Shown: positions 1 to 10,834 of the stretch, piece by piece
How the letters are laid out: every line of letters starts with the position of its first letter
Numbering within the stretch: the first letter of the stretch is position 1
Assembly (NCBI GenBank): GCA_013265495.1
Contig: MU058432.1
Coordinates: 199,985 to 242,199 of the forward strand
Direction: 5' to 3'
DNA: 42,215 bases
Origin: Vicugna vicugna
Taxonomy: Eukaryota
Translations under genes and position numbers: made by a program
The notes under the pieces: generated by a model
Database searches by the model: none
What the model saw: only the letters and a program-made list of their open reading frames with translations
Told to the model about the DNA's origin: nothing

Positions 1-500
1 TGTCTGATTTCTGTGTCTAGGACATCCAATATTATGTTAAATAGAAGTGGTGAGAGTGGGCATTCTTGTCTTGTTCCTGAATTTAGAGAAAAGGCTTTCA
101 GCTTTGAGTAGGATGTTAGCTGTGGATTTGTCACAAATGGACTTTATTTTGTTGAGGTATGTTTGCTCCATACCAAATTTGATGAGAGTTTTGATCATGA
201 ATAAATGTTGAATTTTGACGAATGCTTTTTCTGCATCTACTAAGATGATCATCTAATTTTTATCCTTTCTTTTAATTATGTAGTGCATCACATTGATTAA
301 TTTGCAAGTAATGAACCATACTTGTGAACCTGGAATAATTCTATTTGATCATGGTGCATCATTTTTTATATATTATTGGATTCTGTTTACTATTATATTG
401 CTGATGATTTCTGCATACATATTAATCAAGGATATTGGCCTATAATTTTTTTTCTATGGTGTCTGCGGTTTTGGTATCAGAGTAATGGTGGCCTCACTGA
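1..500 (-). mobile_element. LINE-1 ORF2 (reverse transcriptase region) fragment, degenerate
   Basis: ORF 37..252 reads MIILVDAEKAFVKIQHLFMIKTL...[12 protein letters not shown], matching the L1 ORF2p motif [24 protein letters not shown]...IKAIYDKPTANI; frameshifted and runs off the window edge. Confidence 0.93.
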
Positions 501-508
501 ATCTTTTT

Positions 509-754
509 GCAGTAGTAACACCAGAAGTCAATGGTTACAGATCACCACAATCAATATAAAAATAATGAAAGTGTTTGAAATATTGTGAGAATTCCCAAAA
601 TATAACACTGAAACGTGGAGTCAGCAAGTGCTGTTGGAAAAAATGACACTGATAGACTTGCTTGACACAAGATTGCCACAAATCTTCAATTTGTAAAAAA
701 CCCCATATCTGCAAAGCTCAAGACAGCAAAGCACTATAAAATGAGGTATGTCTA
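509..754 (-). mobile_element. Tigger1-like DNA transposon (TcMar-Tigger) terminal fragment
   Basis: Ends in aaaatgaggtatgtcta followed by TA, a decayed reverse complement of the Tigger1 terminus CAGGCATACCTCGTTTT; internal gctgttggaaaaaatg...gatagacttgcttgac...gccacaaatcttcaatttgtaaaaa follows the recalled Tigger1 consensus. Confidence 0.85.
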
Positions 755-1989
755 TACACAACATTTGAGTTCCTAGCCATGCATTAGAGGTTTGCATTTT
801 CTGAACTCATTGTCAAACTTACATAGACACCATTAGGTTATAAAACAATAACCTTTGAGGGAAAACAGGTAACTAAAATTATGTTAAATGTGAATTCCAG
901 TGTACCTAATTTTGTTTTATTTACTAGGCTTCATTTCCTGAGTCATCCCGAGAAAAATTATTTTGCTTCTCCTGTTTCTTCAAATTTTTGTAAACACTTA
1001 AAAAGTGAAATATTTGTGAAAGCAATGCAAAATCCTCGGCTTCTAACCTATGTTGGTTTACTCCTAAATTTGGTAAGAATTTGAATCATCATCCTTAATG
1101 CTCTTTGGAGGATGTAGAAACGTGAGGCTTATTGTTATGGGTATAAAGCCATTTGTTTGCTCAAAAGCTGGTGGCATCGTGAGCACAAATACATCAATAC
1201 ATTTTGAAGCTGGACAATTTTAACTACTTCAGTGCACAGCTACTTATGTGGCTTTGTGAGTAGGTGTACTTCAGAGACAGAAACTCTTGCTTCTTTCATT
1301 CTAGGTTTGAGAAATTTAGAATAGCAATTAGTAGTCCCTATTTAGGACTTCTGAGAATTATATACTATATGCATTTGACTAAGAATTTCCCATTTGCACA
1401 GTGATTGTAATTTCTTATTAGTAGAGACAATGGAAAGCTGAATTTTGACCATTTTATTTAAAAATGATTCATCATTCTTAAATCATTTTTATCCAAATCC
1501 TTTTTCCTTTTGAGATAGAAGAAAAGTCATCTTTGGAAAAAGATGTTTCCAAATCACATTTTGTTACATTTTGGTCCATTTTCCCTGATATGTAGGGTGT
1601 TTTAAATGGATCTATTAAATATGTATATCATTATGGTCCAGCAAATTGAAGGGTGACACACACTCAACTCTTTTAAATGTTAAAGAGTGTACATATTTTA
1701 TTCATTCTGTTTGTGAAAAAAAATCGTAAATTGATTTTCCAACCTTGTTTCCCCAAATACTGCATGATCCTTATTTTATAGTCATGAGGTAACTGAGTAT
1801 GTCAAGAGGAAAAGCAGATCTGTACTTTTCAAACCATCTGATAATGCACAGGTTGACACAGCCCAATGGAAATTGGTAGACATGCAAACAAGTTTGTGGT
1901 TTATGAAACAAATTCAGCAGCGCTCTGCTTACCCCCAAACACCCAGCCTAGTCCCTCTGATTGTTAGGGCATAGGACATTCCACTTAGA

Positions 1990-2350
1990 TAGACACCACT
2001 CAGCTCACCATCCTCTCTGGTTTCTCTACTTCCAGTCTTGCCCTTCTCCAAATGATTGCCACCATTTTAACATTTCTGAAGTGCAAGTCAGAGAATTTCA
2101 CTCCTATTATTAAACGTATGGGCCATTAAAGGACAATAAATGAGGATATAAAGTGAATCAGGAACAGATACCATTGGCATATCTATCTCTCCTGCTTGGC
2201 CAACCGTTTGACCTTTACTCATGGTGTTACTTTTCCAAAATGGCATCCAATTCCTGTGCAAGTCCCCCCACGCTAGCATTGTGTACTCATCTGAGGGCAG
2301 TATCTAGTCACCACTTAACACCTAGATCCAGGGTTCTCTCAACTCCCCTT
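1990..2350 (+). mobile_element. Highly decayed L2-like fragment
   Basis: Weak resemblance to L2 3' region (ctggtttctctacttccagtcttgcccttctccaaat...aagtgcaagtcaga). Confidence 0.4.
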
Positions 2351-2989
2351 TGTTTGGCTAAACTCACGTATCACAGGTGGAACTCATCTGTCCTTATCGC
2401 TTATCCTTTTCAGCAGGAGCATCAAAACAATCTATGTATTTTGTCACAACTATTTGTATAAATTAAACCTACAGTTCAAATTTGGGAGGGGCAGTAGGGA
2501 TGTGTAATTTAGATTCTGAACCCACCTATTATTTTTAAAATTATAGTGTAAGAAATTTTTGTTGAGTAAAAAGGATTGGATGTGTGATGCTTTTCCTCTG
2601 CTTGCTTTGTAAGTTAAATACTTCAAATGAAATCTCAGCTTAGATACCACCTCATGGGGGGACTGTTCCCTCCGTGATGGAACATTGGGGTTTATGTAAC
2701 TCCTTCCATTTGGAGTTAATATTTTTTTCACACAGTACCTTATGCAGTCTTGGATTTTCAGTCTACCACAAGTACTAAGGATTTCAGAGAGGCAGCATTC
2801 ACTAGATGCCTTCAGGACTCTTCATGGGTTTACTGAGGAACAAAGTGGCCCTCAGTAAAGGTAGGCAGAGGACTGGGTTGTCTCAGAAGTGATCAACCAC
2901 ATTAACATGAACGTGATTTCTAAGTTATGCCACTCACACTGCCACCAAGCATAAACTGGGAGCTAAAAATGGGAAGAAATGTTGGATAC

Positions 2990-3260
2990 TTTACTCTTTA
3001 TTTTTAAGTAATTTCAAGTATACACTTGCACCACGAATAATAACAGCACAATTAACACGTACAACTTTCACCTAGATTCGTCTGTTAACATCATAGCTCC
3101 TTTTCTTTGTTACCTCTTTCTATCTCTCATCAGTTATGCACCTTATGAACTTTTCCCTCCAAATATTTTAATTATGTATTTTCTAAGAATATAAATATTC
3201 TCCCGCAGAATCACAGTGCAGTTATCAAATTCAGAAAAAAAATGTAACATGGATTCAATA
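2990..3260 (-). mobile_element. Ancient L1M (L1MC-like) 3' end fragment downstream of the OR gene
   Basis: ttcacctagattc...ttttaattatgtattttctaagaatataaatattctc...cacagtgcagttatcaaattcagaaa resembles antisense L1MC 3'UTR; also present in the duplicate at ~35520-35790. Confidence 0.6.
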
Positions 3261-3418
3261 CCTTGTAAAAATATTTTGAATACAGAAAGAGTATACGGGG
3301 AAAAAAGCTTCCTCTAAAGAGTATGAATATGAGATAACACATCATGTCATGAGAATCTGAAGAATGGCATTGGTATAAGATCATAAATTTCTGATATGTA
3401 GATAGGGAAGAAAAACTA

Positions 3419-4390
3419 TTAATGTAGAAAGATCTTACTTTTTTGAAAGACAGACACCTCATTCAACATCTTCTTTAAAGCCTCCGTGACATCCTTATTC
3501 CTAAGACTATAGATTAAAGGGTTTAGCACAGGAGTGAGTATGGTATAAAAGGCAGATACGACCATGTCCTTCTCAGGGCTGTGGTAGGAGCTAGGGAGCA
3601 TGTAGTTGTAGGCAGCAGCCCCGTAGAAGAGGATGACCACAGTCATGTGGGAAGAGCATGTCGCAAAGGCCTTCTTCCGGCCCTCTGTTGAGTTCATCCT
3701 GTGGATGGTGAGGAGGATGAAAGAATAGGAGCTTGAAATGACTGTCACAGGGATGAGGAGCATGAGGACACAGCACAGGTACATGAGTGTCTCATAGAGG
3801 GAAGTGTCTGAGCAGGAAAGCTTCATGACAGCAGGGACCTCACAGAAGAAATGATGGATCTCCCTGGATCTGCAGAAAGGAAAGGTCATGGTGATGGGTG
3901 TGAGCATTAAGCCGTCCACCGATCCCAGGATCCAGCAGCCAGACACCAGGAGAAGCCATACCTTGTGGTTCATGAACATAGAATAATGGAGCGGATGGCA
4001 GATGGCCACATAGCGGTCATAGGCCATGGCAGCCAGAAGGAAATATTCTGAACCTCCTATTGTCAAATAGAGAAACATCTGCATCCCACATTCAGGGGCT
4101 GAGATCTTACTCACACCCATTATCTGGTCCATGAGCATCTTGGGTGCAGTGACAGAAATGTACATCATATCAATGAGAGACAACTGGCTGATGAAAAAGT
4201 ACATGGGGGTGTGGAGGTGGGTATCAGAGTATATCAGGAGGATCAGGATGCTGTTTCCAGACAAAGCCATCAGGAAGATCACAAAAACGACCACACAAAG
4301 GAGAGCTGGGTGCTTGGACTGACTGAAGAGCCCCATGAGGATGAAATCCAGCTGTCCAGTGTGGTTGGCCGCCCAGGTGGAGTTGGCCAT
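3419..4390 (-). CDS. Olfactory receptor, family 2 subfamily T (OR2T29/OR2T5-like), intact single-exon ORF, 323 aa
   Basis: All canonical OR motifs present: N-glycosylation [58 protein letters not shown]-terminus [20 protein letters not shown] and [12 protein letters not shown] are typical of OR2T5/OR2T29/OR2T4; exact orthology not determinable. Confidence 0.97.
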   Translation of the reverse strand: MANSTWAANHTGQLDFILMGLFSQSKHPALLCVVVFVIFLMALSGNSILILLIYSDTHLHTPMYFFISQLSLIDMMYISVTAPKMLMDQIMGVSKISAPECGMQMFLYLTIGGSEYFLLAAMAYDRYVAICHPLHYSMFMNHKVWLLLVSGCWILGSVDGLMLTPITMTFPFCRSREIHHFFCEVPAVMKLSCSDTSLYETLMYLCCVLMLLIPVTVISSSYSFILLTIHRMNSTEGRKKAFATCSSHMTVVILFYGAAAYNYMLPSSYHSPEKDMVVSAFYTILTPVLNPLIYSLRNKDVTEALKKMLNEVSVFQKSKIFLH

Positions 4391-4400
4391 GGGGTTTCAC

Positions 4401-4420
4401 CTAGAGCACCAAGGAGAGTT
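4401..4420 (-). promoter_or_regulatory. Candidate splice acceptor of the coding exon, 10 nt upstream of the ATG
   Basis: Minus strand ctctccttggtgctctAG|gtgaaaccccATG; nearly identical in the paralog (AG at 34360-34361); OR genes commonly have 5' non-coding exons. Confidence 0.6.
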
Positions 4421-4999
4421 TTGTCATTAACAGATCAATCATGGGATACGACCACCTTAAGTGAATATTTAGTGAGCTGTGGTGTATGTGTGTGTCTGTG
4501 TGCACACACTTGATGCACAACAACCCAATTGTGCTAATGGGAGGAAGTGCCATGGAACTGTAGATTCTGGGATCAAAAGTTGCCTGTAACTCAACAAACT
4601 TAGTGGAAAACTGAGAATTCACAGCTGTTGGTTAAAGAAATGTTTACTTATAGTAAAAAGGTAGTCATTGTTATACAAGTCAAATTGTACCAACCTTTCT
4701 GTTTAAGGATCCAATGGGATCTTAAAACCTCTTGGAATGTATTCCATGTGAGAAAGAATTAGAAAGTAACCGAAACATATTTTGGAGCGAAATCCATACC
4801 AAATGTTTGAACTTCATCTGCCTGTAGGTTCAGCCATGCTGTGAGGCTGTGTGGTTGTGTGGAGCGAGCCATGCATCCACAGAATCAGATTGAGGTCCTC
4901 ACCGAAAACAAACCCTTTAAATATCCTAAGAGCAGCAAATGAGGAACCGAGATTCTGAGGCAGGACTATGGCTATGAGCCCATAGTACCTTCTACTCAC

Positions 5000-5125
5000 C
5001 ATTCCTCTGTCCATTCTGCATAAAAGGGATACTAATCTCAGATCTCAAATACGATTAGGATTAAATGAGATAAAATAATGAAATTGTTTAGAACATTACC
5101 AGTTACCGATGAATAAGCATGTGTA
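5000..5125 (+). mobile_element. MIR SINE core remnant
   Basis: ctgcataaaagggatactaat...aggattaaatgagataa...tgtttagaaca matches the MIR core; counterpart at ~33460-33590. Confidence 0.65.
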
Positions 5126-5249
5126 TTGTTAGTTTGGAGTGTTAATATCTATCGTAATTATTGTACAGATTCTATGTAAGAGACGGCTGTTACCATTTAA
5201 AAAAATTATTTCAGATGCATTACTTCAGTTTGCTAGTTTTATTATTTTA

Positions 5250-5440
5250 TTTATTATTATTATACATACATATACAAATTTGGATAGAATTATTTCTGTA
5301 ATCCCAGAACATTACATATATATGAATATACATATATATAATTTAGATATATTTAATCAGACTTTCTATAAATAATACAAACTATGTAAGTATATATTAT
5401 ATAGATATGGATATATAAATAGAAGTAAATATATAGCATA
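5250..5440. repeat. AT-rich low-complexity (TA)n-like tract
   Basis: Runs such as tacatatatatgaatatacatatatata; counterpart at ~32810-32930. Confidence 0.7.
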
Positions 5441-6113
5441 TTTCTTACTTTAACCCTGGTTAAGCTGAACTTTATGCAGAATCCCATCTCTGTTCTGTCC
5501 AGTACAGTCCTCTCCAACTTCATCTCCTTTAAGCCCCTACATTTGTTCTGAATCTCAGCCAGAAGAACCAGGATTTAGAAGGTCATTGCCATTTATAAGA
5601 GAATCAGTTATTTGGTTTATAAACATCATCTACTTTATTGTCTATAGCGATCAATTTTTCTGGAAACAGATGCAGAGGGAAAAACTGAAAAACACTGAGA
5701 AATCTCTGACTCCAAGTCAATATTACATCCTCTATCGTGCTGCTCATAGCATGTATCTGTTTTGGACACTGAAGACAAATTCAAGAAAAGTTAAACTTGG
5801 CTACATTCAAGGAGGTCACAGTCAGTCTGTTCATTCACAGGAGAAATATACAAATGTGATTTAAAGCAGAATTTTTAAAAGCTGCAAAGCAAGTAAGAAA
5901 GAACAATAGAAGAACAGATGTCTGGCCTTTCTGAAGAGAATCAGTAATAGCTTCTTCTACATTTTCTCTCGTAGAGATTAAGCCTTTGCAAATTTTTAAT
6001 TTTTGACATGTGAAATGTTTAATTTTGTAAATCTTTACCAACAAGAAGGAAATATTGACCTCTCTTTCTCAGAAGAGTTTAGAAGTGTTCAGGATGCAGA
6101 AATATCTCAGGAA

Positions 6114-6251
6114 GAGGGTGGGAAGGGATAGACTGGGATTTCAAAATTGTAGAATAGATAAACAAGATTACACTGTATAGCACAGGGAAATATACACAAA
6201 ATGTTATGATAAATCACAGAGAAAAAAATGTGACAATGAGTGTGTATATGT
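6114..6251 (+). mobile_element. Internal L1 3'UTR fragment (no poly-A, no TSD)
   Basis: Closely matches 22426-22562 (gagggtgggaagggatagactgg...gaaaaaaatgtgacaatga) but stops before the L1 tail. Confidence 0.9.
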
Positions 6252-8319
6252 AAACTTATTAACTGTCCCATGTTCCGGGGTGATAAAGCAGTAGACAACA
6301 CTGAAAATGAATTTGATGCCTCAATATAAATATCTAACAAATTAACATATCTAACATGTTGCATTAAAAATATAGTATTTCTGTCAGAGTCTACCTAAAC
6401 TGGTAGATGAAAGCTGAGCTCTGTGCAAAATTTTAAAACAATCCAGTAACCTGAAGACTCACCTGTGGCTGAGTTTCTGTTTGTGGTCAAAGTGAAGGAA
6501 GGACCAGTGCAATGACTGGCACACGTGAAGACCTCAGAGCTGTTTGCTGAATGATGAAGGGAGAGCGGGGAGGGAAAATGGGAGGCAGCAGGTAAATCTC
6601 TGTTGCACTTTGGCAAATGGGAATCTCTGTGATCAAGTCACAGTGAGCAGCCCGCCTGGCACACTGGACAGCCATGGGAATGTTGTCTGTGTCATGCAAA
6701 GGCAACTAGTCTCCCTGATCACTCTTACCCTTCTTTATCCAATTGCCAGAGTTTAATGTAATTGGAATAGTGCATATTTTTTTGGGCGGGCATTATTACC
6801 AGCAGTAATAGAACAATATCAAACCTTTTATGAGGCTGACAGCATCCCAATGATTGTTCTATTTCTTTACCGTATGTTTTCTCCCCAGGAACCTGTGAGG
6901 CACGTACTCATCGTACTTCCTCCTTTTGCAAGATAAATAATTCAGGTTTTTCTAGCATCTGCCTAGCATCCCACATGAGCCAACACCGGGTAGGTCTGCT
7001 AGGACCCAGTCTTCCCTCCGCAAAGTCTACAATTTGGGTATTAGCCACCCGCTGTCAGCTTCATCTGGGAAACACAAATGTGACTGAGACACTTATTTCA
7101 GTGTTTAACCACCATAAGTATCCACATTCAGTGTAAAACTAGTGGCCTTTCTTCTATAAAATCAGTCTCAAAAAAGCAACCTCATCATACAGTACATACA
7201 TATAGACAATGAAGGAGGAATGTATTTACTTTTGTCCATAAATGATTGGAAATCAAAACCCATATTTTAATACAATGCAGAGATAAATGTTATATAAAAG
7301 ATTTAAGAAAAAACAAAAGCTTGCCTTTCTCCATAAAAATAGATAATAGGGGAAACATGAGGAAATATAGTCGAGAATTAATAGAGTCTGCCAGAAGCAG
7401 AACACGTCAAAACCAATAATTACCCTTTTGATTCAGTAGTTCTGTCTTCTTATTTGTTTTACCCCAACATCTGATGATGCCAAAGCCTCATCTAGAAGGG
7501 ATAATGGAAAGTGGCTAGAGTTAATTGTATGAAGAGAGAAGGAGGGTGACGCCATCCCAGGTAATGCTATGCCCGTTAGGGGAGTGGATGAAGGTTTTCT
7601 GATGATAAATCCCTCAAGGACCTTCAAGAAGAATGCAATTAAGAGAGCTAAAAATGGTAACAGATATCTGTGTTGCACTTTTCTGGTTTCCTTCTTATGT
7701 CTTTAAAAAATTTCCTTTTATTATTAAACTGGAAATCTTAAACAGTATTAACAATCATCTCAAATCTTACCATGACCAGTAAAATCTTATCAATGAAATA
7801 AATGTTCATTCATATATACCTTAGCTTTTTCACATTATAAAAAACTTGTATGTGTGTATACCCTCATTGATTCTTCAAGAATATCTTGTGAGGTACTGAA
7901 ACATCCCTTGCCTTTCAGAGATACAGATTCTGAAACTCATAGTCTATTTGATGTGTCAAAGAAAAAATTAAGATCAAGTGTAAGGTACTCTCTCAGACAA
8001 AGGTTACATCATAGTAGTTATGTATTGACTTCAGACTACAAATATTTACAGAATTTATATCATGTACCAAGTAGTTGGGATAAACCAGGGACAAAGATAG
8101 AAGCAACCCTATCCTTAACAAAAATTGCAGTCAGATTATTCTGAATTTTTCCTGTATTTGTATTCTCAAATTATGTTGATTATTTTTTCCACGGCATCCT
8201 TTGTCCACTCGGTGATTTTTGTTTTTAAGTCCCGCCTTTGGGGGTTGAATCCCCCTGTGTCATCCAGGGTTTCTGCTTGCAGGTGGTTTGCCCTAACCCC
8301 TTCGTCACTTGGTTTCTCT

Positions 8320-8742
8320 TAAGATTCTGAGAGTGCAAGTCCTGGGAGGCACTGGACAGTGTAAGAAAGAAAGAAGTTGCATCTTTTTTCTTGCTTCTGG
8401 TGATGGACTCTGGCAGCTTCAGCAGCTGTATGCAACTGAGGACCATGTGGGCGCTGCAGTATTCAGCACCCTAAAGGCAGTTTCTGAACACTCTCAAGAT
8501 GCAGGCCTCTGGGATGGGATCCCACCAGTGACCCAGGAATGCAGTGTCCCCATCAGCTCAGCAATGTGGGCACACGGGGCCCCATTGGTTGATGAGGTCT
8601 CTTGGTCCTTGGTTGAAGACACTTCCTCTCTTGCTTCTCCAACCTTCACTTCAGCCATTGGCCAACTTTGTAACTGATCTCCTGCATCAAATTCCTTCTG
8701 TTTGAAATGTGTAAAGTGTTTGCATATGACTGGACACTAAAC
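8320..8742 (+). mobile_element. Old ERVL-type solo LTR remnant (LTR33-like)
   Basis: tgggaggcactgg...ttttcttgcttctgg and 3' part tgtaactgatctcctgcatcaaattccttctgtttgaaat...tgactggacact resemble LTR33; partial copy in the duplicate at ~29570-29780. Confidence 0.6.
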
Positions 8743-8984
8743 AATGAGGTTAATGTCATATCAAATTAATTATATCTCAATTACAATCTCCTGAATATTG
8801 AATAACCATGTTGCATTCAAATTTCTAAATTATAACTTGTATTGAAATAAAAGTGCTTTTATAGAAGGCATTTTCTGAATGTGATTTTTTCCTAAATTAA
8901 TTTACCAGTGGGTATACAATGTTTCAAGGTTCTTTATACACAACACTAAATTGCTTTTCCAAAAACCTCCTTAAATTGTGTTAT

Positions 8985-9693
8985 TGTTATTGAGTCAAAG
9001 CTCATTCCACTTGCCACATGACAGGCCAATAATTGGAAAGACGAGGTGTTTGATTAAGGAATAGCAACTTTATTCAGAAATCCAGCAGACCTAGAAGGTG
9101 GTGGACTAGTGTCCCAAAGAGCCATCTTACCAGAATTAGAATTCAGGCTTCTTTTGTACGTAAGTGAAGAGGTGTGGTGGGTTGTTGTAAACTTCTTGGT
9201 GCAGGAGTCCTTTGTTTCTGCACATGTTCAAGTAGATCTGTTCACAATATTCCTATAAACCTCCAACAAGACAATTTTTTTTTCTATTCTGCAACTTTTT
9301 TTTTTTAATACTCCAAGGATTGGCTGTCTTCCTTGTGACCTGTCAGCTCTTTCTGGTTGCTGCTGTTTGTCCTCAGGTCCATGTTTGGCCATTATCATTC
9401 CAGTTTAGGAATAGTCAGGCTTGGAAACTGCCCAAGGCTGGTCTTAGGGGCTCCTGGGTGCACAGGGAGGGAGGTGCCTTCAGGAGGAAGGCAGTCATGC
9501 TTTTCTAAATCTCTATATGAATTGAAAAGTGTTATGCCTTAAAAATCAAGTCTTCCAGAACATTGAGATATTTCAGGCTATAGAAACCTTCGTTTACAAA
9601 GGTGCAGAGCCAGCGTGACCGAGCATAGGTGGCAGAGCACAAAGGTTAGAGCGAAAGGAACAGATCCAATGTAGTTTGTTCTTTTCTGTTATA
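8985..9693 (-). repeat. 3' LTR of the provirus (carries ~210 bp of extra sequence)
   Basis: Begins tgttattgagtc like 13902 tgttatgaagtc; minus-strand AATAAA at ~9068-9073; preceded on the minus strand by acagtgggaat (PPT-like). Confidence 0.88.
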
Positions 9694-10189
9694 ATTCCCA
9701 CTGTCAATGTCCATTCCACAACCTTGTGTGTAAAGGAGCGATAGCTGTTCTGGCTACTTCCTGATAAGTGGGGGCAATGAGAGGGTGATCATGGAGTGGA
9801 ATTGGTCAACCTGGGACTGGAAGTATTTCTGAGTCCTAAGCTGGTCACACAGCACTCCTGTTTTATGGTCCTGTTACAGTTCTTAGACAAGCATCTGAAA
9901 CATACACATTAACTCAGCACTTGGGATGAGAATGTTCAGGATACTCTGCCTTATGCTACCTTTATATCCTGCCAACATTTTACAGAAAGAGGAGTTGTTT
10001 TCACCCTCGGTACTTTCCAACAAGTGGCTGTCACCGGTGTAGTGAAGCAAAGAGAAGAACCAAAGTCATTATTACTTATCTGCTGTAGGCTTGGCTGGAA
10101 ACAGTGTCTTAAGATCTTCTAATGGCTCAAAGACCAAGTCTGATTTTCTTCATCCCACCCAGTTTCTGGATGAGCCAGTTTTAATCTAC

Positions 10190-10830
10190 TATCTTATCTC
10201 AGCTGATTTAACAAAGACATTTGTGTTCAGCATCACCTTACATGGTCCTGTCCACTTAGGGGCACGTCGATGTTCAGGCCTTTCTTCTCTCCAGGTTTTG
10301 AGGAAGACTCAATGCCCTGGCTGAAGCGAGCGCAGGACCACCTCAGTTGAGTGGGCAGATCTGTTGGAAGCAAACTCGTGAACAGAAGTTAACAGTGCCT
10401 GAAGTCTTAATATTCTTGGTACCTGCTAAGTCCTTTAAGACATTCTCCTGCCTGGGAAGACACCTGGAATGGCCTACTATGTGCTATTTCAAAAAGGCTT
10501 GAACTTACTTCTGGGACCCACTGTAATCTGTAGCAGGGCAATTGGCACAGCCTTCTTCCATGTTAAATTATCCTCCTGACACATTTTAACAATTTTCCCT
10601 GTTGATTATGGTCTCCAGAATGAATGCAGTTTCCAGTCAACATGGTACCTGTTGGGTTGGGTTACACTGGAGACAAAAGTAAGTCCATTGTAATTCTGAG
10701 GGGTGTTAGGCAATCCAAACTGAGAAATAATTTCATTAAAGCTGGCTTCAGCTGAAGCCACATTTTTTTTCCTGTCTTGGGGGATATGCTTCTACTCATC
10801 CTGAAAAAATGTCCACAAACACTAACAAAT
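10190..10830 (-). pseudogene. ERV integrase remnant
   Basis: Broken minus-strand translation YKHLLVFVDIFSG*VEAYP...EIISQFGLP (gammaretroviral IN core YLLVFVDTFSGWVEAFP...EIIPRFGLP) and C-terminal PGHWVFLKTW...PKWTGPC (GPY/F-like). Confidence 0.85.
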
Positions 10831-10834
10831 GTCT

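Larger units (their letters stand above)
2615..8635 (-). repeat. Arm A of an inverted segmental duplication carrying the OR2T29-like gene (partner ~29568-36135)
   Basis: Collinear reverse-complement blocks, e.g. 7461-7515 vs 30808-30862, 6463-6660 vs 31704-31898, 8250-8310 vs 29780-29840, 8435-8630 vs 29570-29780, 2700-2800 vs 35990-36080; ends are approximate. Confidence 0.9.

Noticed and set aside
4211..4513. Antisense ORF nearly identical to 34336..34551, and alternate-frame ORFs 3591..3776, 24163..24366 and 34986..35171
   Set aside because: Shadows of OR coding sequence; their identity reflects nucleotide identity of the paralogs, not independent coding
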